Below are positions 51,597 through 64,000 of a stretch of DNA of 64,000 nt, in pieces; the first letter of the stretch is position 1; every line of letters begins with the position of its first letter. The DNA is from Epiperipatus broadwayi (taxonomy: Eukaryota > Animalia > Onychophora). A model generated the notes under the pieces. It worked only from the letters and a program-made list of their open reading frames with translations, ran no database searches and was not told the DNA's origin. The position numbers and the translations under genes were made by a program. The stretch spans positions 16,926,001 to 16,990,000 of the forward strand of contig JAQFVV010000001.1 in assembly GCA_028023455.1 (NCBI GenBank), in the 5' to 3' direction.

Positions 51597-53577
51597 GGTA
51601 ACCTGACCAGTGATAATGTGATACAAAGTACAGAAACTAAGTTATAAGCATTACTCAGAAAGTATCTCAGCACTTTAGTTATTCAAAAAAGAATAAATTA
51701 ACATTGTATTTCAGAAAAATTTTCTCATCTTTGTGGCCTGTCTAAAATCCATAAGGACCATGTTTCATTAAGATCTATTGTTAGTTCTAGAAATTTCCCT
51801 GCAACTTGTCATGATTTCTTCCTAATGTTCTTAGTCCTTTGGCATACAAGACACAGTTCTTTGTCAGGGATTCAAAGAACTTTGTAGAATTAATCAAGAC
51901 CATGAAAATTGACAGAACAAACATTAGCACACTTTGATGTGGAACATTCATTCATAAATATACCACATGATGAAGCATTGTCTATTATAAGCAAAGGATT
52001 TGTGATAACAATTACAAGTCAGAACAACTCTTCCTATTGATAGTGTAATGGAAATATTAGCATTCTGAATAACAACAACAGACTTTCAATACAACACATA
52101 ATTCTTTCAACAAAATCAAGGGATGGATATGACCTTGCTCCTGATTAGCAATATTTTTATGGAGAAATTTGAAACCATAACCATAAATAATACTCCATAT
52201 CCACCTAAAGTTTGTTTTCACTATGCTTAAGATACATTTATTGTATGTCTATGGTGAAGTGTATTACAAACACTTTGGACACACATCAACAACATATCTC
52301 CTTCAATTAAATTTACAATAGAATCAGAACAAGCACAAAAATGGGCAATCTTAAATGTTTTTGCAACAAGACACGTAAGAACATCCTAGCTCAAAATATT
52401 CACAAAATACAATTCATAGCATATGCCCAACCTTGTGCTTCAATATTAGATAAACATTACCCACAAAAAAGAACTTTATGAACATTGAGATGGTCTCAAC
52501 TGGGGCACATGAACAATCAAAATTCCCCACAGATCAAAGTCCTAATACAAACCTATACACTTTATTGTAACTTATAAATCACACTAACATTCATTAAATA
52601 AATTTCTTTTTGAAAAAGAAAAGACTCCCTTATAGACAAATCAAAACTATAGTTTATAGAAAAGACACACATACAGTTAAATACACAACATGTCCATACA
52701 ATCACACCAGAAATACAAAATATATAATTTTATTATGAATATAAAACAAAGTAAAAAAAGTTTGTTCAGAAACCAGTGACTTAGAAAAAGAAAAGATCTA
52801 TATAGAACAAACTCTAATGGAGAATGATCCATCAGTTGTCACTAAGAAAAATCTTAAATAGAAAACAAAAAGAAGCATCAAAAGAAAAAAAAGAATAATT
52901 GGTACTGTAGACCATTTATATATGCCAGGAATGGCAGATAAACTAAAGAAAATCTGCAATCAGTATAACATCAGAATAGAGCTACTCCACATTATGAAGA
53001 ATTATAACATGTCAAAGCCAAAACTTGAAATGCTAAGGAACAAAAACTGCATCTATGAATTACAATGTGAATGTGAACAGATTTATACTACATTACAAGA
53101 AATTTTAACATCTACAAAGCCTAAACTTGAAATCCTGGAGAACAAAAATGGCATCTATAAAATACCATGTGAATGTGCAAGGATCCACATTGGTGAGACT
53201 AATTATCCCAATGAAAGGAATTGAAAAAGCACAAAATGATGATTAAACAAGGAAAACAGAGATACTAATGGGCATATGTTTTAAAAGTGCAAAAATATTG
53301 GATAGATAGGAAAAAATACAAAGAAACTTCTAACATAGCAAGGAGAAATAACTCCATAAGTCAACATACAGTAACAATACATATTATTTGGAAACCATTA
53401 ATTAACTTTTTTCTTAAGAAAAAGTGGAGAAATCAGAAGAAACCTCATGAATAAGCATATTAATTTTTTTATTGATTGATGCCTTTGGGAGAATTGCTCA
53501 GTTGATTAGAGAATTATCATAAATTTAATATTCAAGAATCCAAAGATTCTGACTCACTGTCAATGGTCCAACCAACA

Positions 53578-53621
53578 ACATCTGAAGAAGAGAATAGAAT
53601 AATATCACTTGACATTTTGTG
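53578..53621 (+). ncRNA. Decayed family B hammerhead in the 3' pLTR
   Basis: CAT CTGAAGA AG AGAAT-AGAATAATA-TCACT T GACA TTT T GTG; aligns position for position with 31948-31990. Confidence 0.5.
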
Positions 53622-54409
53622 CATATATGAACCTATGCATCATTACTAACTGTTGAATGCAATTGAGAAATTTAAATGAAGTTTATGATTTTTTCTAAAG
53701 ACATTTAATGTTAGATGATGAAAATAGTGTGACATATAAGTACAGCAAAAATGCCATCATCATAAACATTTAGGCAAAAACAAAATACAGTGAATTAATT
53801 ACAATAATTTTTTTGGGGTTAATAATGTCTATTTTTTATATTGAGAGTATTTAATGATTAAACCCTTGAAGTAAATTAGTATAAAAATGTTATAAAAATT
53901 TAATTAAATCACATGTAATTTAAAATTCACTTACAAATTAGCTAGTGCACAATTTTATTGTAAATGAATGTTAATATATATTCTAATGACAATGACAGAC
54001 ACAACGTAAGTTAACTGTACTTAAATAATAATTGCTTTAATACCAATATCATAGGGTTAATGCTGGTATTATTGTATTTATTATATATTATTAATTTCAA
54101 CAATATACAAATAACATTTGCTACTGCTTAAATATGTAACATTTAGGATTATAATCATATCACAGAATATTCTCCTTCAAATACATTACTCAGATTTCTC
54201 CTGTTATTAGACTGATTGTATTTGCATGCTTATTAAAATGATTTGTTATGAGTCTGCTTGCAAATAATTGTAAATTATGTATTTGAAAGAGAATATTCTG
54301 TGATTGATTATATATATTGTAACAGAACAAATTCAATAACAGCTCAAATTAATTACTTTACAAAGCTGCATTAAAAATGTTTTAAAAATTATGTTGTTTT
54401 ATAAAAACA

Positions 54410-54830
54410 GGTCAAAATTTTAAACTAGGTGTTGACCAATCTGTTGTTTGGAAAACAACATTGGGTGGGTATAAATGGATTAGAAACAAACAATACAGGA
54501 TTGTTTAGTTCAGCAGTTCAGTCTACTTTAGTCTATTTGAAGACTCAAAGCAGTGCTCCAGTGATGCAATTCAGATCCTATTAGAGGATGGAAACTGCTG
54601 GTAACATTTTTCACCATATCTTGGATAACCATTCTTGCTGACAGTTTTACAGCATTTTTCAATACTGCATTCATAAGAGCAATTGTAATGAAATTATCTA
54701 ACAGGAGTGCACCCAGTATGTGTGGCTAGAAACCAACAAATGCACCAGTGAACAATCTGGAATGCAATTTAATCCAGAAATGCTGAAGTTTGCTAAAATT
54801 AACCATTGCATGCTTTTATAATGCCACGAA
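54410..54830 (+). mobile_element. Possible piggyBac-like transposase relic
   Basis: LGVDQSVV...RGWK...IFHHILD...AFIRAIVMKL plus a Cys-rich tail, in broken frames. Confidence 0.4.
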
Positions 54831-55456
54831 TAGAAAAGTGGACAGTGCTGTATGAATGACCCAAGTTCTACTGATAACATATTCTGTCTAATGCTGCTGC
54901 TGCTGTATTTCCTATCTCATGTCACCAAAAAATAATTACCATCTTTGGATTAAATTGGCAGAAAACCCTAGTTTGGAAATGTTTAAATATTTCACATGGT
55001 AAGATCTTATCATTATAGATATTATAAGGTCTTAAATTAAATTATTTCTTAATATTTTGTTATTTGTAATATTTTTTTAAATCTAGTGATAGGTGTAAGT
55101 ATGTAAGCAACAGTATTATATATTCACTGTTAATAAATTAGGTTTTTAAAATTAATCTATTTAGTTTGGGTTTGCTTATTGAATTCAATCCAAAAATTAT
55201 GATTTTAACATCACTATGTTGGCAATATCTACAACTCTGAGAAATCATACAATTTACTAGAGTCATGCAATGATGGTAATAATTTGTAAATGATGATTAT
55301 CAGGTATTAATGTTTTCCAAGTGTAATTTTTTTTTCAGGTTTGGCACTTTAAAGTTTCACTTTTTTAAATAGAAACTAAAAAAACAAACTAAAAATAGTT
55401 TTGGGAAGAATTATACTTGGTTTAAAAGTTCATTCATCTCAAACATTTGGTTATAA

Positions 55457-55464
55457 ATATATAT

Positions 55465-55527
<63 letters not shown>
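55457..55527. repeat. (TA)n microsatellite
   Basis: Directly visible. Confidence 0.98.
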
Positions 55528-55531
<4 letters not shown>

Positions 55532-55670
55532 AATTGAATAATTTTTATCTGAATTTTGTTAACCATTCAATTTTTAGCATATTTAAAATTTATTTGAATC
55601 AAAATTTACTCATATATACTTGTGTATATTATGGGTTCATCTGAATTACCATTTCAATATATATATATAT

Positions 55671-56050
55671 GTAGACAGGACTTGAACTCAGATATTCAAG
55701 CTGCCTACATCTTATAAATCAATACACATAACTGCATACATGTGAAAAATATATATGATTTCCAATATATGTATTTTATGTTTAGCATGAAATACCTATA
55801 TTGGAGATTTCAAACTCCCTGCAGCTATCCACTCCATCTTATATGACCTATACCACATGACCACATACATGTGAAACAGATAAATGTATGAAATAGATAT
55901 ATTGAAGATCATTTAACTTTTTCACAAGTATGTGGTCATTTGTATTGGTTGTATAAGATGAAATGGATAGCTGTAGGGAGAATTGAAAGTCTGAGTTCAA
56001 GTCCTGGCTAATTATAGTTAATTTAGTATAGACAATATACACATATTTAA
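55671..56050. mobile_element. Family A element with double-hairpin structure, HHR core deleted
   Basis: Order: inverted arm, GAAATACCTATATTGG, second inverted arm, GAAATAGATATATTG, forward arm, ~40-nt tail. Inserted in an (AT)n run. Confidence 0.7.
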
Positions 56051-56739
56051 ATATATATATATATTGTAAATATGTAAAATATAGTAATAAAATAATTTGA
56101 TGAGATTATTTTAATGTTGATTATAATATAAATCTAGTGAAATGAAAATGCTCACAGAAAAGGTAGTTTTTTAATATTTAGCTTTATTACTGCCTAGTAT
56201 GCTTTCAATATATTTTTACTATATTGAAAGCGTATCTTTTCTATGAGTATTTTCATTTTAGAGATATTTATTATGTTGGCTCAGAAAATAAAAAAATTAG
56301 TATCAATATATATATATATATTATAATGAAGATATTCATGAATATATGTTGAAAATAAATCTCTTATGGGTTTTATCATATATTAGTTTTTGGCAGAAAT
56401 TGCCAAAATTTTGATGAAATTGCACTCATCTTTGTTTAGATTAAATCTGTAGTAAAGAATTATTTTGTTTTAAATAATAATAAGATTGTGATTGCACTCA
56501 GATGAAAGAATTTTCATGTATTTTAGATGATAATCCAATAAGAATACAATGTAGATTAACAAAAAGTTTGTTTTTCTTTTGTTTAAATCAGATAGTTTAT
56601 TAAAATTGTTTTAGAAAAAAGATAAAATAATGAGCTTCCATAAGAATGGGATATGCTGTATTTCATCACATTTATTTACACTATTTGCTTTTTTAAAACT
56701 TCAATAGTCTCTTTCATAGTTCCTAAATCATATTTTTAC

Positions 56740-57500
56740 AAAGTAGCTAGTATTTTAGGATATGGCCAATTTCTAAAAAAAATGTGACATTAAAGCTGAT
56801 GTAATTAAGTTTCGATAGAAGGCATTTCTACATATACACCTATTTGATTGATCTACATAACTTCTTTGACATAGTGAACATGAAATTTCATAGATCTAAA
56901 AATATACAGATTTTAGGCTTACAAAAAAAAGACCAAAGTTTTTGGAAATGAAAAGATAGTCTTAATTTTAGAATTAAACAGACATCTATTAATCTTATTA
57001 GTGGCCTCTTTAATATAAAATAAAACAACTCTATAATTTGTTTAATAATTATCAACTTCATCATCTTTTCTCTTTTTGATAGTAAGTGCTATTTCTTGGG
57101 CAAAATGATTATCAGACAAACTATATGCTCTCATCAAAAGCTTTTTACTACAGAAATTATATGAGCAGAATGATGATTAGTATAGAAATTAGCTTATCTA
57201 TTTATATGTATGGATTTTTTTAAAACAGATATTGATAAAGATTTCAACAGGTTTTTTGGAGATAAAATATGCAGAAAAAAATTGTTTTGTTATTCTTAAT
57301 GCCAGTCATTAAGAAAATAAAAAAAGAATTCGAAGCATCAATACTATAAGACTATATAACAAATGTATTTATCCAAATATTGAGCCAAATTAAAGGTCTC
57401 TTACTCACTATGTTCAATTCTTGATTCTCAGAATTATTCAAGAAGACAGCAGCAAATACATATGATAGTAGAGAAATCATAAAACAACTCTTTTACTTGT
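56740..57500 (+). mobile_element. Probable RTE-like LINE RT relic
   Basis: GYGQFL...IDLHNFFDIVN (FIDYEKAFDSVN-like)...KTI; weak. Confidence 0.3.
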
Positions 57501-57626
57501 TTATATTTTTGAAAGCCATAAATTAAAAAAATGTATTTTTAAAACAATGTTTTGCCAAAGGAATAACAAAATAAGATAAATTATTGTACTGAGTTATTAC
57601 AGATAAAACCTCTTTAATATGAATAT

Positions 57627-57821
57627 TGGTAAACATAGAAGAGACATCAAAACAATGTCCTATTCTGATTGGACAACCATTTAATATACATACAATTGAA
57701 AGTTATTTCATTCATGTGCAATCATAGATTTGAATGTTCTTTAATTTATATGTATATTACAAATTGTTGCCTAATCAGAATATGTCATGGTCAGTTTTAT
57801 ATGTCCCTTCTATGTTTACCA
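57627..57821. mobile_element. MITE-like palindrome (~85-bp imperfect arms)
   Basis: TGGTAAACATAGAAGAGACAT...ATTCTGATT vs AATCAGAAT...ATGTCCCTTCTATGTTTACCA; no TSD found. Confidence 0.6.
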
Positions 57822-59049
57822 GGACTCTGTTGAAGAGAGTTTATCTGTAATAGCTTAATACAGTGATTTATCTGCTTTTATTATTCCATTGACAAAACAT
57901 TGCCTTTAAAATACATTTTTTATTTCCACTTTTCAAAAATATAAACAAGTAAAATGGCTTTTCTATGGATTCTTTATTATTACCCCTGCAGTTTCTGATC
58001 TCTTCTTGAATAATTTGGAGAATCATGTATTGAAAGAATTTATTTTTATTATATATATGAATTGACATTTACAATGTATAAATTGAAAAATTTCACAAAT
58101 GACAATTATAAAAATATAAGCCAATTTAAAAATAGCTTTAAAAAGTCATGAGATTGGTTAAAAATTCATGTTCTCTTTCCAAAGTGCTTCAGATAAACCT
58201 CTGCATAAGAAGATGAGATAAAGAGTGAAGATGGCCCATTATTCTCTCTATAAAAATATAGTATTGTGCTTACTGAGTATTAATCTTAATATATATATAA
58301 TTACAATGCCAATCATATGTAACAGATAAAGCAATGCATTTCAAGCATTGTAAATATATTTCAATGACCTTTTGTGGATATCATCTTATTAAAAACAGAT
58401 TGGAGTAACTGAATAATAGAATATTGTGACAAAGTAATAAAACTTAATCAATATTTTTGTTGAAACATGTTAAAAATGTTAAAGAGCTACTTTATATTGT
58501 TAATATGCTATCATTACTTATATAAATTATTTATGTAAGCCCTGTGAACAGATATTTGTTTTAAAGTACTTGGTTGAGAAGTGGATAAAATGTACAATAG
58601 AATAACTTTTTTTGTAAAGTTGTAGCTTTTTTAAAATAAATTGATAAAGTTAAATAATATTTTAATTTATGCTAAAAAAAATTCCAAGTCAGCTATGAAA
58701 TTTATCTCACAAATAAAAAATAAATAATAAACTATACCACCCAATTCTTTTGCAACCAGATTGCTAATTCAGAATATAGGATCAGTAATCAATCTTAGAT
58801 TATAGCTGAAATTATATGTCTGTGTTTATATGTATATAGGGGTTGACATAGAAGAAAAATATTATATATTTAATTTATTATATACTAATATTTTGAATTC
58901 TTACTTAAATAACATGTTTTTTGTAAGGTTAATATTTAATATCAAGTAAAATTTTATTGTTGGCTTCTTAAAGAAAGTTATCAAAATAAATCACTTACAA
59001 ATAAGCATGGCCATTTTAAACAACAACAAAAAAAGATAAAAAAAAATCA

Positions 59050-59500
59050 TCATCACCATTATTATCATCATCTTTGGATTTTACCCCACAATAATAATAC
59101 TGCTACTACTGCTGCTGCTGCAACTGCTACTGCTACCACCACCACTATAATATTACTACTACTACCACTATTACCACTACAACTACTACTATCACTACAA
59201 CTGCTGCTGTTGCTATCCATACTATTACTACTACTACTACCACTATTACCACTACTACCCCTACTGCTACTACTGCTGTTGCTGCTACTACTACTACTGC
59301 TATCACTATTACCACTATTATTATGACTACTACTGCTACTACCACTCCTGCTGCTGCTACTGCCACTACCACTACAACTGCCACTGCCATCACCACTGCC
59401 ATTGCAGCTGCTATTGCCACTGCCATCACCAGCAGCACTACTACTACTACTACTATTACTTATTAGGAGTACTACAACTACAACAATAACAATAACAACA
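59050..59500. repeat. Compound trinucleotide low-complexity tract (CTA/CTG/CCA, CAT, CAA)
   Basis: Directly visible; accounts for the Val/Ala ORF 59145..59438. Confidence 0.95.
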
Positions 59501-62500
59501 CTGGAGATGAATTTTGTAAAACTGCAAAAACTATTCTAACTTCCTACAATGAAATTTCCTTTTTTTAAATAAAATACTTTAAGATCCTATCTAACTACTT
59601 TCCATTTTTCATTTTTTAGGAGTGTTATGTTAATGAAAGCAATAAATATTGCACTTGCCTTCACAAATAAATAGGGTTAGATACTCCCATAAAAATACCA
59701 TCCAATAAAGATGTGATTTTTACACTAATAGAATGTATAATATTACTTCTAATAAGTTAAGAAACATGATAGATCATGCTATTATTTTTAGAATTTTAAG
59801 AATTCTTAATTTTTTTTATAATGTTGTGTCGATAGAAATCCAGGCCTCACTTCCATGTAATAAATTACAATTTTTAATTAATAACTTTTATTTACTTTTA
59901 GTAATAAAACTAAATCAATTTGTCAAAATGTAAAAAAATGACTATTAAAATTTCAACATACTGGTTTTTATATTTACATTGTCAAATATTTTTTTTTGTA
60001 AGTTATTATATCTACTGAATGCCTCAAGGTTAAAATACATGAATGTAAATAAATCAAAACAAAGTGATAATATGATTTTTCTATTCTGCACTTAAGACAC
60101 TTTAATCAAGACTAAACCATGCACATTAAATATTGATGCTTACATAGACATCTGTAGAACAGAATCATACAAAGTAGATTACTATTGTTAATATGGCATC
60201 ATGATTTTTACCTGAAACTTTCTGATTTGAGATGAAATCAAGATACCATAATGCTTGGAAGTTTTTTTAGGTTTTAATTAAACTTAATATTTTATTTTGA
60301 GCTGACTGACTCATAACTACCTATACAACTATCCAAAATTGGTCAGCAAATGGATATCAAGAGAATAAAATAAGGCTGGAATAATGTTTAACTCCAATCA
60401 ATTTTCTCTATTATTTTTTTATGAAGGTTTATTGAGACACTTTTACTTTCATGGAACTTTTAAAAGTTATTTATCTTGTCTTCTAACTAGTAATGCATAT
60501 ACATTTGTTTTTCATTTATTTTTTACAAAGTGAATAACAATATAGTATATTTGTTAATCAAACTAGTATTAGTTTACTTTTAGATATATAATCAATATAT
60601 TTAAACATATGTGTATGATTATAATTTCAAAAGTTTTTTTAAACAAGATGCATTATAACTATAGCAATATTTTAAATTTTTAAGTGTCACAACATTAATC
60701 TTGTAGATTACCAACAGATTATGTTTTTTTACTTGCTGTTATTTGAAACTCACGGTAGATTAATGACAGAGTGATGACAAATGAGATATTTAAGATTTAG
60801 TATTTAAAAGTTTGCATAAAAGTAAATTATAAAACTACTTAAAAAAGTTTTCATTTAATTTAGATATTTCGTCTGTCCATAATTATATTAATTTTATATA
60901 TTGAATTACAAATAAATATTTGCTATTTTTTAAATTTGTAATTTTTTTTTTCGCTTATTAATAAGGTAATTTTGTAGCCCCACCAATATTTTGTTAAAAT
61001 TTCACTGCAAAATATTTTTTTAAAAGTAAAACATAAAAATAGAATTTAAATACGTATAACATTAATTGGACTATTTTTAACAGTAAGCTTGTTAAATAAA
61101 ATCACCGTGATTGTATTCTTGCTTCGGAGAATATACATGTTTTTATATATAATTAATTCCATATTTTTGTCACTATTTTTAAATATTTTATTAAAACAAA
61201 AGAGTTTATAATTATGACATTACATAAGAGTTATTTTCTTGACGTAGAACACCAATCATTTCTCTACACTAACTTTTTTTTATGAGGTCATACTCTTAAT
61301 TACAGATAACAATTCTAACTATAAACTGTTCGCTTTTTAATTTTTTATTTTATTGACCTTACTTATTTATATTTTATTTTTTCGAACTTCCAAAGGCTTT
61401 ACTATTTTACTAGTTTTTGCTAATAACGACGTTGATACATGTTTGTGTACAAAAATTATTAATACAAACGATTATATTTAGAAATAGCAGTTTAGATATT
61501 AATTATAATGATTATAATTAGGTATATAGATTATTTTGGAATTTACAGTTTAGTTTAAAATAGAAATTTAAATATAGTTTTTTTTTTTTTATTAAAGAAA
61601 GCTAGTCTTGAACAATTTAGATAAAGTACCAGACAAAATTAATAACGCTAGAAATATGTGAGCTAAATAATTTAAAAGTGTGGGTGTGTATTTTTTAAAT
61701 TGGTGCTAAATTATTTTATTCTCTTTTTTTATGTAGATCACATATTTATAAATACAAAATAGGTTTTAACATAAATTTTATGAGTTATTGCTATTTTTCA
61801 TTGGAACATTAAATGATATCAACGATATATTATTCTCTATAGAGATAATCGCTTCACTTAGCATAGTTTTTATTTGGTTATTTTCAGAATATAAATTATT
61901 TACTAGAACAAAATATTTGTTTTTATGTGAATAAATATTACTTCATTGTTTATATTATTTATTCATTTATTTTACTTTGTTTTGGATTATCCGTTTGCTG
62001 CTTATAGTTTTTAACATTTTAATTATCAAAGTAATTTGATTCTAGTAAATATGAGTGGTTTTACTTCTAGTTAAATATCTCGTATTGGAAACTTAATTCT
62101 GATTCATCCAAGAGAATTTGTAATGACCAAATGAGAACAATTTTCATCCAACTCATAATTTCACTGAAAAATAAAAGTATGTAATTTATCAGATCGATTT
62201 TTAATTTTATGTTCATTAAAAGTAAAATCCCCAAATATATTATCTATTTTATAAAGTGGTACTTTTTCTCAGTATAAGTATTTTAACTAAAACTGTTCTG
62301 AAAGCCATTAATGTACTAGCTACTTTTTAAAGTTTTAATCCAGTTTTCAAAAGTCAAAAAAATATTAAGAGGAGGCAACCTCTGCAATTTGATTTTAGGG
62401 GAAAAAAATCAAATGCAGATACCTAGATAAAATCATAAATAAGTGATTGCATAGTTTTGATGACATCTAATTATTATTTTTTCATTATTTTTTGTTTTTT

Positions 62501-64000
62501 AAGCTGTTTTAATTGTTGTATATAGTTGTTTTTATTTTTTTAGAATCACAACTTTATTGTTTCTAGATTATGTGAACTTGTATAGATTTTTTTAAAAATA
62601 TTACATTCATGGTTCTTCACGAATGTATTAATATGCATATGTAAATAATTATTAATTAATTAATTAATTATTTAATTAATACTCTAGCAATTTCGTTTTT
62701 CATAAATTAGTAAAAAAAAAAAAAACAGCATTTATCAAAAGTAAGGCTGCACAATGTTAAACTGATTTAAAAATTAATAAATAAATAATAAAATGATTAG
62801 TTAGTCCTGAGATCCCATATGACATTGATGTTTGAGCACAGGAAGTGATGGATTGAAATTAGTTCCAGAAATTTATAATTTGTAAATTTATCCCTATATC
62901 AGCTTATCTAAATTGCATAATGAATTTAAGAAATTCTAGAGTAGATATAGTATAAATAAACAAACAGAAAAAAAGAAAGGGATCATCATTTTTATACAAT
63001 TCATAATTTTTTAAGTATGCAGGTGATATAGAAGTATTAAATCAATTTTGCAAAAAATATTTAATCATGAACAAACTTTTAAAAATGTGTTTATCTAACT
63101 TTAGGGTTCAGTTTTTTTTGTTTTGTTTTTCCTTCAGGTAGTGGAAAATTAAATTATTTTGATAAATGATAATTTTTATTATCTAAAGTAATTTTTTTAT
63201 TTATTTTGCAATTTTGATTTAAATTTTTTTTCTATGAGTTTTTTTTTCTAGAAAAAATATTGGAAATTCAGATGAAGCAGAATACTAATGATCACATGAT
63301 GTTTCCAAAGTTCTTAGAGATTGCAGGTTATTTTTTTTTTAAATTTTTAATTAATTTATTTAGTTTTTTATTTTAAATTTTATTAGTTAATTTTATTATT
63401 AAAGTTTGCTTAAATTCACCAACTTTACAATTTGTTGATTATATTAAATAGGGAGTCTTTTTCACATTTATCCATAAAAAAATATTTGACTATTATTTAT
63501 AAAGTAATTTGCATCTTCAACATTATTCAAAAGATTATTTATTGTTTTTTTTTTTTTTTTTTTACAATTTTACTATAAATTTTATATAAATACTTATTAA
63601 TAATTATTATTTTACATTAAATTTATCTGATTATTTTAGTAGGCTGTGGTTATTGCTATGCACCATGGAAATTATGCCTAGGCTAAGTTATAATATTTAG
63701 GTAGAAATCAATAATTAATATAATAACCAAAGACAATCATTATTACCATTTTATCATAAAATTCCATTACATAAATATTAGAAAAAAATTATTATTAATA
63801 ATTTATTATCAGTATTTTTGATTTTTTATGTTACAATTACAAAAAAAATAAATAAAAATAGGACTTACTTAGAAATAAATAGTCTTGTAATTTTATAGAA
63901 CATAACATGCCAGATATAAGATAAAGTCAAATATAAAACACATTAAAATATTAATTGTTAAAAAGTTTATTATTTTAATTTACTTGTTTATGCTGTATTT

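Larger units (their letters stand above)
51446..53784 (+). mobile_element. Penelope-like element (RT plus GIY-YIG) with inverted 5' pLTR, 3' pLTR, tail and TSD
   Basis: Exact 13-bp TSD ATACAGTGAATTA (51433-51445, 53785-53797). ~51446-51620 is the inverse of ~53550-53738. RT relics: HLCGLSKIHKDHVSLRSIVSS, FDVE, ISNIFMEKFE, HINNISPSIKFTIE. GIY-YIG: NGIYKIPCEC.RIHIGET. Confidence 0.9.

Noticed and set aside
59145-59438. 97-aa Val/Ala ORF
   Set aside because: Translation of trinucleotide repeats.
63641-63684. Cys-rich GCGYCYAPWKLCLG* as a toxin/defensin exon
   Set aside because: The alternative frame RLWLLLCTMEIMPR resembles the RTE RLRW.GH..RM motif; no signal peptide or full cysteine scaffold.

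Overview
AT-rich, CpG-depleted animal genomic DNA, arthropod-like by inference (e.g. a chelicerate). I could not identify a host protein-coding gene; most exon-looking stretches resolve into decayed retrotransposon ORFs. The window is mostly transposon remains: three diverged L1/Tx1-like LINEs (YMDD RT seen in two), Vingi/Ingi-like and RTE-like LINE relics, a 3.3-kb Merlin DNA transposon with roughly 1-kb inverted arms, a pogo/Tigger-like element, MITE-like palindromes and two tRNA-Gly-derived SINE copies. The most interesting signal is a set of hammerhead-ribozyme (HHR)-bearing, Penelope-type elements. One is a decayed RT+GIY-YIG Penelope-like element (51446-53784). The others are short non-coding elements of three HHR sequence families (A, B, C). 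Most delimited copies share one footprint: 13-15 bp target-site duplication (TSD), inverted partial arm, forward arm, then a ~37-48 nt unpaired tail. Family A also carries a conserved Pol III B-box-like motif downstream of its HHR, suggesting a retrozyme/SINE-like rider on Penelope machinery. All alignments and counts were done by eye; element boundaries are approximate unless fixed by a TSD.
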